Positions 1 through 12,051 of a stretch of DNA of 64,000 nucleotides are shown in pieces. The notes beneath the pieces are model-generated. The model had not been told where the DNA came from and searched no databases. It saw nothing but the letters and a program-made list of their open reading frames with translations. Source of the stretch: Utricularia gibba. Its lineage: Eukaryota > Plantae > Magnoliophyta. Made by a program: the position numbers and the translations under genes. Numbering within the stretch: the stretch's first letter is position 1; each line of letters starts with the position of its first letter. The stretch covers positions 4,278,001 to 4,342,000 of the forward strand of contig CM007990.1 of the NCBI GenBank assembly GCA_002189035.1. The letters run 5' to 3'.

Positions 1-199
1 AGGTTTTGTTTCGGATCGAGAAATTTTCTGTGAATTCCTTTTCTGTGAGGGTTGCTAATCTTTTTGTTTGATCGAAGGTTTCTGAATTCGATAGTCTAGA
101 AGTTGGTTGAATTGTAGGAAGTTCAACGGTTTAGATTCTCCTCTCTTCTTGTGTTGTTACTTTTATTGTGCCTGTTTAATCTTGAATCGGTACCAGAAA

Positions 200-1155
200 A
201 TGGTGGATTCGATGAACTTGCACGTGCAGCATCCGCAGCATCTACCTCAGGTAATCAACTTTCCTCAGGATCATATGTTTGCATCACAGCTGGGTCATAT
301 CATTTATGTTGGACCTCAATCTATTCAGATGAATCCTGGATACGATAATTGGATTCTTCCGCTGGAGTTTCAGAAACCGAACCCTAGCTTTGGGGCTTGG
401 AAGCCGCCGCAAGCTGGGTTGAAAAGGTCAATGGGTCCAAGGGTCAACAGGGACGGCAAGAGGTATAACGGTAAGGGGAGGACGCAGGTTCATAAGTCGC
501 TGAACAGGAAATCTGTTGATTATAATTCTATGTTGGTGAATGATTTGCAGCATCGGGGTGTGCTGAAGCCTAGAAATTTCCTCCCCCGAGCACCAATCCT
601 CGTCGGAAGAGCTTTGGTAACGATAGCGTTGTTCCTTTTGCTCCTAGAAACACCACTTCTTTCTTAATCAGGTCAAAGGGAAGACGCGGGAACGCGCCTT
701 CAGTTACCCCATCTCCACAAACTCCCGCTGTATTTCCAACCCCGAAGTTCTCGCCTTTGCCGGACGCTTTGGTAAACAAGGCAGAGGAAGCGTGGGGCAT
801 TGATGGCTATGGCTCTATGAATGGGCTGATCAGGTTGAAAACACAAGGGCATGAGCCCCCTGTCGAGGTGCAAGTAGACGATGAGGATGTGGGAGAAATG
901 GAGTCAAGCGAAAGTGATGTGGAACAACATGTTGAGATGGAGAAGCGTGTGGATCAGGATCTCAGTAGGTTCGAAATGGTACTCAATCCCACATCGATGA
1001 TCAGAAAAATGGACGACCAAGACACTCATCTGGCTCATCTGCAGGAGGAGAACTCGATTCTGAAGGAAAAGGTGGTAATGATTGAAAGAGAGATGGAAGA
1101 GCTGAGGGCGAAGATGGATCTTTTTGGCACAAAAGAAAACGGACGAGAGCAATGA
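200..1155 (+). CDS. PRL1-interacting factor A-like protein (intronless), one frameshift at C5 run 583-587
   Basis: Frame 2 (ATG 200) gives LVNDLQHRGVLKPRNF. Frame 1 continues VVPFAPRNTTSFLIRSK...TPAVFPTPKFSP...EEAWGIDGYGSMNGLIRL plus a C-terminal coiled coil, motifs typical of this plant family. Adding one C to 583-587 joins the frames. Confidence 0.7.
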
Positions 1156-1572
1156 AACTCATTGCAGCATCAGATGAATCATTGCACCTTCAGTGGAAGC
1201 AGCAGGTGCATGGAATAGGAACTGGTGATTGGAGTATCATCAGATCGCAACTTCACTACGTTGTCATTAGCCAAGAAAACACCAGCTTTTTTTCCCTTAA
1301 ATTTCTCATGTAACTTAGTATTTATTTCAAGTATTGAAAACTGTACTAAATTGTTCGCCCTCTGTCCCCTTGGTTGTCACGCTGGTTTATAATATGCAAA
1401 TAGTGATTTTTTCCCCGCATAAATTAATATTAAAAATGTATAGAATCCGATGCTCAGTTATTGCAATAATATTATTCTGATACAATGCTAACCAAAATTG
1501 ATATCATCTGTTTGGAATTTCAGTAAAATTTAAAACCATCAAATTCCGATGCGGGAAGTTGAACGCCGTTAT

Positions 1573-1587
1573 TGGGCCCATTGGGCC
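1573..1587. promoter_or_regulatory. Paired site II (TGGGCC) elements, TCP-type promoter motif
   Basis: TGGGCC at 1573-1578 and 1582-1587 at the edge of a GC-rich island; no target gene identified. Confidence 0.35.
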
Positions 1588-4500
1588 TGTGAAAAAACGC
1601 GAGAAAAGATGGGCATGGAGTAGGCCGGCGTGTCGCCTGATGCCCGACTTGTGAAGATTGATTTGCAGGGCTGCTGCTGAATTCTGAGTTGTGAGCGCGA
1701 ACGCTCACCCTAACTGATTCTGACGCCGCTGCTAATGGGGTTTCCGTTTTGTTGTTCATTTTGGGGACCTCGAAACTTGTGTATTCTCTTGATATTAACT
1801 TTTTTCCCGTCTCTAGTATCTACCAGCTTTTGGGTTGGCAGGCAGGTTCTCCTTCTGGGACAATGGAAAAAAGCTTACACCTGTTTATCAATCAATCTCT
1901 CCCCCCCCCGGCCCCCCCTTTTTCCACCAGTAGTGGAATCGGAATCCATCCACCATCAATCTCGCAACTGCACTGTTCTATCTATCCCATCTTTGCAGAT
2001 TAGGAACTGCTGTTCTCGATCCGCGAAGCCCTGCAGCGGAGGAGAGCAATATGCGGGGGACGCTGATATCTCGGCGCGGTGGTCCATGAGTAGTAGAAGA
2101 AGGAAAAAAGAGGAGTGGGGGGGACCGGAAACTAAACTCTGAGGTTAGGTTCCTTGGGGAGAAAGTGAAGGGCTTTTAAAGTCGATAGACATCAAGACAC
2201 AACTGCTACATCGCAGCAGCGCGCCCACTGGGGAAGAAGAGAAGAGAAGAGAAGATGGAGAGGGAGACTCAGACTGCCAGTGGACCCAATCCCATCAACC
2301 CTCAAACTCCCCTTTGACTGTGAAACCTTGGAACTACTTAGCCTAGGCTACGCATCATTTACTATATCGGATAACCTTGTAATAGGAGTATTTTGCTTCT
2401 AAATTTGATATAAATTCAAGATTTCTAAGCTGCATGATTTCTCGTTTTTTAGATTTTCATACTTTTTGATACCAAAAATGAGAAATTTATTAAATATATT
2501 CGTATTTAAAAGATAAATTTAGTTATTAAGAAATAATTTAACCACAATATTATAATTAGATATTAGACATTATCAACCAAGCTAATGTCTAATACATAGA
2601 ATAACAAAGATAAGTTGACATAATGTACCATCATCTATAATTGAAATAAAAAGTCGAGCTACTTGAAAGATTGTGTTAATTTTGTGTTGCTATTTATAGT
2701 AACATACAAACTTACTCATTTTAGATCACACACAACATTTTAAAAAAAATCCAATCACCAAAATACATCATTTTCTTTCTCATATATTGCAAAGAAGAAG
2801 AAAAAGATAAAGAATGCAATAAAAATGTTGTGCTATCTTACAAATCATGATAATTTTCTTACAAAATATCGTTTTAAAACTAGTTTTGAGTCGATCATGT
2901 TGAACATGAATGTTTGGTGGATAGATGAAGCTTTGGTGATCGAAATATAAACTTATGTTAGACTTGAAGAAACAATTCCCATAATTTAGAGTTTAGGATT
3001 TAGAATATGATATTGATAAAAAAAAATATATCTTAAATTTGTTTTATGTTCAAGAGTCAAATAGGGTAGTTTTTACATCACAGGAGAAGACTGCACAATT
3101 TGGTGGTACAATTATCTGAATTGGTCCGAGAGAATTGAATTATTGAAACTAATTATTAGTCCACAATTTGTTTGTTTGTTACCCCCGAGAATTTGGGGAT
3201 GAGGAGTCCGAATGGAGACAGTTGAGAGTACGAGGGCAATCAATAAATTACCACACCGTCAGCTACGGTAAAAAAAAGCGTCCTTTTTTACGGAGGTAAA
3301 AAAAGTGGGTAGCTCTCAGCTCAGCTCAGCTCAGGGCATTATTTACCGTTCCGTGGACTGCGCTGCTATTTACTGACTGTTGAGGCGCAGTAAGTGACTT
3401 CAGTTTTTGACGTAGGAGGGGGGACCATTGGGAGGGCACGGCCCCCTACACCCCCCCTCTTCAATACATTGACGGATGGAGGGACGACCTCAGCACAATT
3501 AAAACGTCACTCTTGATTAAATTAAATTAAATTAATATAATAAATAATACACGAAATAATTCGCTAGCCAGGCCTTATGAAGAGACATTCCATGTGCTCA
3601 TAATCCCCTTTAGGCTCGTACTTGCTAAAAATAAAAACACACACCGAGATAGATTTCATTTGAGAAATCTAAGAAATGGTGTAAGTATTTTAGGAGAATT
3701 TCACATTGACTACGATTATTTTAGAGAAGCTAGTGATATCATTTATATAGATGTAACTTTACTAATCGTATATAAGGCATTTTATTTAGAATGAAAGAAT
3801 GTAAAACCATTAATATTGATAATCCAAAACGAATAATATAGTTTAGGCAAGGTGAGCGTGACATAATTTTTTCATGTTTGATGATAAAATTAATTGTGCA
3901 AACTTTGTACGAGTGCTTTTATTGACAATAATGGACCTTACTTGGAAATCACATAAATTTTATGATAAGGGAATCATTTATAAAATTATTAAATATAAAA
4001 AACGTAAAATCGTGAGATTTAGATATTTTTAAAAAAACAAAATGTGAATTAAGTTACTAGATTGTTGTCTCTGCAATCTAAATAAATGGCATTTTTATCC
4101 TAAAATGCAACAAGTTATAATATGATCAAGTTAAGAGATGGCAATCATTTGATGGGGTTATTTTTGTGATGCACAAAAGTGAATGATGCGGCTTATTCAT
4201 TAATGACATGCCCATATGGAGGGGGACAACATCCACCATAATAGTAATAATGGGACTGGTATTACTCATAATAATAGAAATAAAAATAGTACTTGCACGT
4301 GGGTGGCGGAAGATCGGTAGGCAATAAAAACGTGCCATTATTGAAGATCATGCCACTAGACCCTCTCGTCTCCTCTCGTCTCTAGTACATCATCCACATT
4401 ACAATATTAGACATGATTTTGCTTCTACACCATTCATTCCTTGCTTGTATTTTGAATCTTTTAAAGACGTTAGTTCGTGTTAAAATTTACAAACGAATTT

Positions 4501-6690
4501 CGCATACTTGAGTCGATAATTCGATGTCGACTGTGCTCTATAAAATTTCCTAATTTGTCATTTGTATAAACTAATGTTCTTTTTTCATATAGTTTCTCGA
4601 GAATTACTTTTCGAAAATGCATTCAAAAAATTAAAATTTAAGTAGCGTTCTAAAAATATTTTGAAAGCTATTTTATTTTTTTTAATTATTTTTAAAAAGT
4701 AAAAATAAAAAATTACTCCTTAATTTTTGTAATATAATTTCAAAAGTATTTTTGATATAATTAATTTTACAATTGATACTGTTCTTGATCACAATTATTT
4801 TTTTTGAAAAATAGAAATAATGTTAAAAAAATTTTAGAATAGAAAATTAGGGTTTTTTTTAATTGTTTCTAAATTTTAAATTTTTTGAAGTAAAACTTGT
4901 ATATATTTAATAATAAAAATATTTTTTACCAAAAATAGAAATTATTTAAAACAGAGGGTAAAGCACACTTAAGCAGTGAGGGATGGACATGTTTAGAAAA
5001 ATAATTGGAATCAAATAAAGCCGATGAAGTGTGGGATTGGTAATTAAGCCACTCCAATAATAATTAAATTTGTGTGAATAGATTTTGTTACTAAATATGA
5101 GTTAATTCTAAATAGAAATTTAATTATTTTTATTTTTAAAAAATTACAATACTTAAACTTCTCTTCTATTAACATTATTTAAAAATTGATTTTGAAGAAA
5201 TTGAGAACCTATTTATAAACATAATTTCTTAAATTTCTAATCTTCAAACGTTTAGTAGTAAAATTATAAATTCATATTCTATAATTAAACTTAAAAACTA
5301 TTGAATTTCTTAACTATCGCTATTTTATTATTAAATAAAAATTAATTAGGAAAATATATATTTTTTAATTTTTATTTACTTTAAAAATATATTTAATTGA
5401 TTCTATTTTCATAATTTTCATAATTAAAAATACAGTAAATAATTAGAATTCTAAATTGGATTGGGTGATTTAGGCTGCTCCACTTGGCAAAAGTAATCCC
5501 AACCTCACAATCCAAGTCAACCAAAGAGCTTTGATTTCAAGGAATCTATTTATAATTAAAATATTCCCTATTTTTCTCCTCCATTACTAACCATTGGAAA
5601 ATAGACATAGTATCCTTTAGTCATACATCCACATTAAATCATTTTGGATTGAATCGAATTCAATAATTTTTAATTTATTTAAAAAATTGAAAAAATAAAA
5701 AATATTATTTAAACAAATTGAATCTATTTTTAAATTTAATCATGAATTTGATTAGTATCCTCTTGATATTATTCATCGGCCCCTCTTTATTACAATGCGA
5801 AGTGATGCATATTATATATTTTGTAGACCTTGAAAAAATCCCCCCCATGCATTTACAGCGGCCTTTTTACTTTTTACAGCGGATGGGGTTTGTAAAAAGT
5901 CGTTTTTACCGCAGGTCAAAGACGTTTTATTAACCACTTGTACTTATTTCACCTTGGATTTTAACCCGAAGCGGATTCGGTAATCTCGCCGTGGATTGGT
6001 CGTAATTAGGTCAGCAATTAGTTTTAACTTTTTTTTTGGTTTTTTAATTATAAAGAAAAATTTCCACAAACTAAGAAAATTGGTCACTCGTTTGAGTGCA
6101 TAATAAAAGTGGACATCGTATGTTTAAAAAATTGATCTTAACGTATTAGTATACACAATTTAGATTAATGTCACAGGACGTGTTTTATTGTAATTTTGTC
6201 GGGGAAATAATTTATGACGTAATTTTCGTGGTTAAAGAAATATTAAAAATATGCGTGAATTTGAATAAATTAAAAAAAGGGACAGGACGAGGATTTGTTG
6301 AAGGGGAGGGGACAAGATCCCCGCTGAATCCGGAACCTCCAGACCGGGACGGTCTACGTACGGTTTTCTTGTATCTATGTAAAAGAAAATAATTTATTAA
6401 TGTCTATTTTTAATTACTTCACTTATCTTAAATAATTCTGACCACAACACTGTCGCCCGGCCCTTCACATTTTCTGGGAGCACGTGCGTGCCAGATCTCT
6501 CAGTAATACATGTTTTTTTCAATAGAAAAAAAATAAAAATTAACATATTAAATCATGATTTAAAACTATGAAATGGGAGTATTTGGAGGCTTAAGTATGT
6601 GATTAATTATGTAAGAGATGTATTATTTGGATAGAAATAAATTTTATTTTTTTATATATATACACTTTTTTTCTGTCTCTCTCTCCTCAC

Positions 6691-6999
6691 ATGCAATAGG
6701 ACATGGAGCGCCGCTTCCGCTAACCTCTCCTGTCTCTCTCTTCTCCGGCTGGGAGCTGCAAATTTGCAGACTTGCTTCTTCTGTCACCTGCAACAAATTT
6801 CTGATCTTTCTTTCTTCCTTGGACCCAGAGGACTATCCTTCATTTTCACCTTCGGTATAACAGCAGGATCTGCGATTTACACAGATGGATGGATATGCGT
6901 GAAGATCAGAGGGATTTTCTCTTCCATGAGAAAGAAAAGCAGTGGTGGGTATTTGGGGGTAGAAGAATAGATGGGAGGAGGGTAAATGCAGAGAAGTAA
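6691..6999 (+). other. Upstream ORFs in the presumed ARF3/ETT 5' leader
   Basis: ATG-initiated uORFs 6691-6699 (MQ), 6703-6723 (MERRFR), 6885-6902 (MDGYA) and 6889-6999 (36 aa, MDMREDQRDFLFHEKEKQWWVFGGRRIDGRRVNAEK). They lie downstream of a CT-rich stretch; the TSS is not known. Confidence 0.5.
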
Positions 7000-7194
7000 A
7001 TGAAAGTTTCGATTTTGTCTGCAGGTGGTGAAAAGGGGAGCCCGGGTTTAAAGCTGATAGCCTCTGGTTAGATAAACTTTTCTGGTTGCTCGTGATTTGT
7101 CATCTCTGGAGGAGGAAGAACCCCACTGAGTCTGATTCGCCCACTGTTGCTGCTGCGGTTCTCTATGTGAGTTTCGCTGGTTGAGGGATCTGAT

Positions 7195-10133
7195 ATGGTT
7201 TCTGGGCTTATCGATCTCAACACCGTCAACGATGAAGACGATGCGACGGCGGCTGCGCCGGAGAGGTCCTCCTCCGAGGTCTGTATGGAGCTGTGGCACG
7301 CCTGTGCTGGGCCTTTGATCTCTCTTCCGAAGAAGGGAAGCGCCGTCGTGTATCTTCCTCAGGAGCAGTTTGAGCTTCCGTCGGAGAACTCCCCCGCCGC
7401 CGACGGCCATCAACTTCCACCTCATGTTTTTTGCCGCGTCGTCGATGTGAAGCTCCATGTAGTGAAATTGCTTCCTTTTTTTGCCGCAGTTGATTTTGGG
7501 CCCTCTGAGTCCTTTTATGAACTTTGATCTGTTTCCCTTTGCAGGTGGAATCGGAATACGACGAGGTCTATGCTCAAGTTTCGCTTCTTCCAGATCAACA
7601 GGTACCTGAAAAATGCATAGAATTACACAGTCTCACGCTCAATAACGATTTCTTTTGCTTACACTGAAAAGTAGGCTTTGCAAGATCATGACTCCATTTG
7701 AAAAAATGGGGAAAGCTTGCATTTTTATGCGACCCAATTGACGGCTTTTGATCTATCTTGACTGGAAATGTTTACCTTATAATGTGGATTCTGGCAGATT
7801 GAGCGTGAATGGAAGGAAGGCACACTGGAAACTCATGCTGAAGATGAAGTTCTTGATACTCCTGTTAAGGCTCTGACACCCCATATGTTCTGTAAAACAC
7901 TCACAGCATCGGATACCAGTACTCATGGTGGATTTTCTGTTCCTCGTCGTGCTGCTGAGGACTGCTTTCCTCCTCTGGTATTCCCAGTCATACATACTAA
8001 GATCGCAACAAACCACATTCCCGATTGTCTAAATTCTGAATCTGCTTTGACCTTCTATGTAGGATTACAAACAACAGAGACCTTCCCAGGAGCTTGTTGC
8101 TAGAGATCTGCATGGGACTGAGTGGAAGTTCCGGCATATTTACCGAGGCAAGTTTTCAGTTTCTGATCCCAGTGATTGTAACTTTGCTGACTGTTTGACT
8201 TGTAAAACAGGTCAGCCTAGAAGGCATTTGCTGACTACTGGTTGGAGTGCCTTTGTCAATAAGAAGAAGCTTGTGTCTGGAGATGCAGTGCTCTTCCTAA
8301 GGTTGGCACACTTACACATGATTCATCTTATTGAAACTTATAGCATTTCAGGGTGATAAAGACACCGAAGATCCCTGGAAATAGCTGTTCACCTTTATGC
8401 TCTTTCAACAGTAGAATTAACTGTAATACACTGCTGCAGAGGTGGTGATGGTGAACTCCGGCTTGGAGTTCGGAGAGCCGGGCAAGCAAAACCTGGTGCA
8501 TCAGTTCGCCCCCCAAAGTCTCATTTCAATGGTAGCATTGCTTCTGTGGTGAAGGCAGTATCCAAACAGACTGCTTTTGATGTGTGCTATAATCCCAGGT
8601 AGTTATGCTCTGAGGCAGTTCCAAGAAATCATGTTTTCTCTACCATTAGGAAGACTCTCTGATCAGTCTTCAGCCTTGGCCGCAATTTTTAATCCGGGTT
8701 GATGCCTACGTTTACTGATATGCAGGGCTTGTTCTTCTGAAGTCATTGTGCCTTTTGCGAAATTCGCAAAGAGCCTTACTCAGCCATTTTCCTGTGGGAT
8801 GAGATTCAAAGTGCGATACGAGACAGAGGAATCTTCTGATAAAAGGTTGGTTGCTCGATAGATAGCCGAGTATTTCATGCAGACACATTCCACTCAAAAT
8901 AATTCATTCCAATTTCATCAGGAGCAGTGGTGTCATTGTTGGGGTTGGTGATGCTGACCCAGCCAGATGGCCATCTTCAAAGTGGAAGTGCTTGTTGGTG
9001 AGGATCTTGTTGGCATTTGCTATCAAATAAATTCTCATATTTGTTGAAAAGTTGCATATGAGTCCAAGGAAGCTTCTGCTTGCTTTATCCTTATGTGGCT
9101 TTCTGGCTTGATCACTTGCAGGTCAGATGGGATGATATGGATGCCAATCACATCAATCGAGTTTCACCATGGGAGATTGAAGTCTCTGGATCGGCTTGTG
9201 GTGCACCCAATGGCTTTGTACTGCCTGCCACTAAAAGAAGCCGCATTGTCTTTCATTCCTCAAAACCAGATCCTCCAGGTACTGGAGTCTGTAAAATTTA
9301 TCTTTGTAACAGATGCAGTTTGCTTCAAGTTTCGGGTTTGCTCAGATTGTGATGCAGACATCAGGGAGCCTTCAAGGTTCCAGAAGGTCTTGCAAGGTCA
9401 AGAAGTGTTCGGGTTCAGAAGTCCATATGCTGGAGCAGACGGCGCAAGGAAACATTCATTCGATCTTGGGTGCTATTCCAGATTAACCAGTGGCAGCATG
9501 GCACCAGATGGACCCTTCCAATACCACAAGGTCTTGCAAGGTCAAGAAACTACTTCGATCCAGTCATTTCGAAGAGGCCGAGAATTTGATCATACGAAGG
9601 AAAGCTCCACTGGAGGAGTTCAGGTCTTTAGGCATGGAAATAGTTGGACCTCAGTGTACAATACATCTGGACACCATGCATCATCAATCCCAAGAGTGTC
9701 TTCACCCTCGTCTGTGCTGCTACTGCAACAGCCTTCTACTCTTACTGCTCAATCATTCAGTCGCAGTTATAAGAGTGAGCTTGATGGCGAAAGCCCAGGT
9801 TTGCCACGATTTGTTTCTCAAAGAGATTCAAGGATGATGAATCACTCAAGGTTTGGTACTGGCCACGCCTACAGAAAGGGTTTAAACAGGGAAGAGGAGA
9901 GCCAAGCTGCTCTTGCAGAACCTCATCAGCTCTTTGGGATCCCCCTGAGCTTGACTACTAATGAAGAGCCTCTGATGAAGAGAAAGCATGAAGACACATT
10001 TTCGCTTTCTCCAGCCTTTGGTGCCAACAGCGACTCAGATCATGGAGTCAGTGAAAAAAATCTGTTCGAACCACGCTTGGTGGTAAGCGGATTAACGAAT
10101 CTGAGAGATCGCATGCTTGACATAGCTCTATGA
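7195..10133 (+). CDS. ARF3: Auxin response factor 3 / ETTIN (B3 + ARF domain, no PB1), 10 exons
   Basis: Exons 7195-7458, 7545-7601, 7798-7977, 8063-8147, 8211-8301, 8440-8598, 8726-8845, 8922-8997, 9122-9278, 9346-10133. Motifs [55 protein letters not shown], two KVLQGQE and HQLFGIPL. Stops without a PB1 domain, as ETT does. Confidence 0.93.
9384..9404 (+). promoter_or_regulatory. tasiR-ARF (TAS3) target site 1
   Basis: AAGGTCTTGCAAGGTCAAGAA, the canonical ARF2/3/4 tasiR-ARF complementary sequence. Confidence 0.92.
9528..9548 (+). promoter_or_regulatory. tasiR-ARF (TAS3) target site 2
   Basis: Second identical 21-mer AAGGTCTTGCAAGGTCAAGAA; two sites are characteristic of ARF3/ARF4. Confidence 0.92.
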
Positions 10134-10358
10134 TATGGGCATGTTGCTGCCTGGTTCAAGTCTCACACAAAACTCTTTCAAACTATCTGCTATGCTTCAC
10201 ATGTTGTTGATTTACCTTCGTAATGGCATCTTGCGTTGAAATATTAGTGACATGGTGCAGTTCAAGCGCCATGAAACCATCGTCTTATCAGTATACATAT
10301 GTTCCTCGACAGGATTGTGTAAAGAACCAACATCAAAGTTCAAATTCATTCTCAGGCT

Positions 10359-11816
10359 TCAGCTGGATGTTGCAAAGTCACTGAGTTCATAAATCAACTT
10401 ATCTTGCGAGAACTCAGTAGTTCTACGCACTTTGGGTCGACTCATGAAAGCATCTAACAGGACATTCCATGTTACTCCACAAGGAATGCATCCATCAAGA
10501 ACCATTTCTTCAAGAATTCTGTACGCCCTGAGCAGATCACCAGCCTTGCAGCAGCAGCTAATAAGATATTCAAAAGTTTTTGGTTCTAGCGTTATGCCTC
10601 TGCTACGCGTGCTTAAATACAGATGAAAAGCTTGATTAGAATAGCCATCTTCACAAAGCCCTTGAACCAAACGATTGTGAACCCGAACATGAAGGCCCCA
10701 AGTAACACGATTGGGTGTTATCCCAGAAAGAACCATTTCATCGAGAAGGTCTGTAGCTTCACGAAACTTGCGGATGTCACAAAAAGCATTCACAATCTTC
10801 GAATACAGCCCAGCATCAGGCTTCAAGTCTTGAAGCTTCATTCTATCAAGAATCTGAATGGATTCGTGAATTTTACCTTCCAAGCAGAAACCATGAATCA
10901 ATGAACTATAAGTAATCGAATTTGGAACAAGTTTCTCATCAACCATTTTCTCCAACAATACCTTGGCTTGAAGAGAGTGTCCATTCTTGCAAAGGCCATC
11001 AATAAGCGAGCTGTAAGTATAAACATTTGGGGGAACACCTTTCGATTTCATCTCCTTCAGCATTAACATTGCATCTTCCAACTTGTTCATTTCGCACAAA
11101 CCATGTATTAAGCAACTGTAGGTGATAACCGTGGGAAAACAATTCTTAGCCTGCATATCGATTAAAAGCTCCTTTGCTTCAAGAGTTCTCCCAACACGAC
11201 ACAGCCCACTAATCAAAGTCGCGTAAGTGTAAGAATCCGGAGTATGCCCCTGCCTTTGCATCTCATGGAAGACCTGAAAAGCAGATTCTATGGTTCCAGC
11301 AGTCTTACAAAGTGCTTTGATCAAAACATTCAGGAGCGGTACGGAAGCAGGAATGCCCTTCTTCCTCAAATCACGATAAAATCGGAATGCCATTTTCAAG
11401 TGGCCCTCGTCCACAAGAACAGAAAACACAGTTACATAAGACTTCACCGTGGGCTTACATCCATAATCCTTCATCTGCTCAAACACCCTGACAACTTCAA
11501 GCGGCTTATGAACTCTCGCATACGCTTTGTAAATAGACAAAAAAACATCTTCACCAATTTCACACTTTTCTTGTTTCATCTTAAGAAGCATATCCTCAGC
11601 TGGGACGAACTTATTTGCGGAGAGTAATCGCCGTATCATTGACCCAAAAGTCACTTGATCGTGCCTGAAGCCATGAGAGTACTCTGCAGTGGCCGAATCG
11701 AAAATAGAAAGCGCTTTATCCAAATCCTTTTCCGAAGAAATCAGCCGGTGAACCAAAGACGGGGTAATTTGCTCCGGCCATTTCATCCTTAGCTTACTCC
11801 CCATTTCCTCACCCAC
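10359..11816 (-). CDS. P-class pentatricopeptide repeat protein (At5g46100-like), intronless
   Basis: 485-aa ORF with tandem 35-aa PPR repeats (e.g. PDSYTYATLISGLCRVG, PNVYTYSSLIDGLCKNG). The N-terminus KWPEQITPSLVHRLISSEKDLDKALSIFDSATAEYSHG resembles At5g46100. The start may be 11804. Confidence 0.92.
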   Translation of the reverse strand: MGEEMGSKLRMKWPEQITPSLVHRLISSEKDLDKALSIFDSATAEYSHGFRHDQVTFGSMIRRLLSANKFVPAEDMLLKMKQEKCEIGEDVFLSIYKAYARVHKPLEVVRVFEQMKDYGCKPTVKSYVTVFSVLVDEGHLKMAFRFYRDLRKKGIPASVPLLNVLIKALCKTAGTIESAFQVFHEMQRQGHTPDSYTYATLISGLCRVGRTLEAKELLIDMQAKNCFPTVITYSCLIHGLCEMNKLEDAMLMLKEMKSKGVPPNVYTYSSLIDGLCKNGHSLQAKVLLEKMVDEKLVPNSITYSSLIHGFCLEGKIHESIQILDRMKLQDLKPDAGLYSKIVNAFCDIRKFREATDLLDEMVLSGITPNRVTWGLHVRVHNRLVQGLCEDGYSNQAFHLYLSTRSRGITLEPKTFEYLISCCCKAGDLLRAYRILEEMVLDGCIPCGVTWNVLLDAFMSRPKVRRTTEFSQDKLIYELSDFATSS

Positions 11817-12051
11817 CTTTTCGTTACCTCAGTTTCGACAAGTCTCTCAAAGGCGGATTTTCATCGAACACCTCCGCTTTAAACCCTTCGGAGGAATCCT
11901 TCCAATCCATTATCGTCTAAACCCTACAAAAATGTAAAACCACTGGTATTAATTAATGACTACTTTATTATATAAAAATAGCGACAGAAGCCTCATTAAA
12001 AAAAAGAAAAGAAAATCAATTGTACTTCTTCGGAAGCAGTGGTTGATTTCA

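Noticed and set aside
1640-1730. Possible box C/D snoRNA (GTGAAGA ... CTGA) downstream of site II motifs
   Set aside because: Non-canonical C box, no terminal stem, and no rRNA/snRNA complementarity I could recognise.
9384-9548. Identical 21-bp repeat inside ETT as a novel element
   Set aside because: It is the well-known pair of tasiR-ARF target sites.
10432-11627. Plus-strand ORFs of 64-127 aa overlapping the PPR gene
   Set aside because: Antisense shadows of a long coding frame; the same applies to most short ORFs opposite CHX, GRXS17, DUS3L and VQ.
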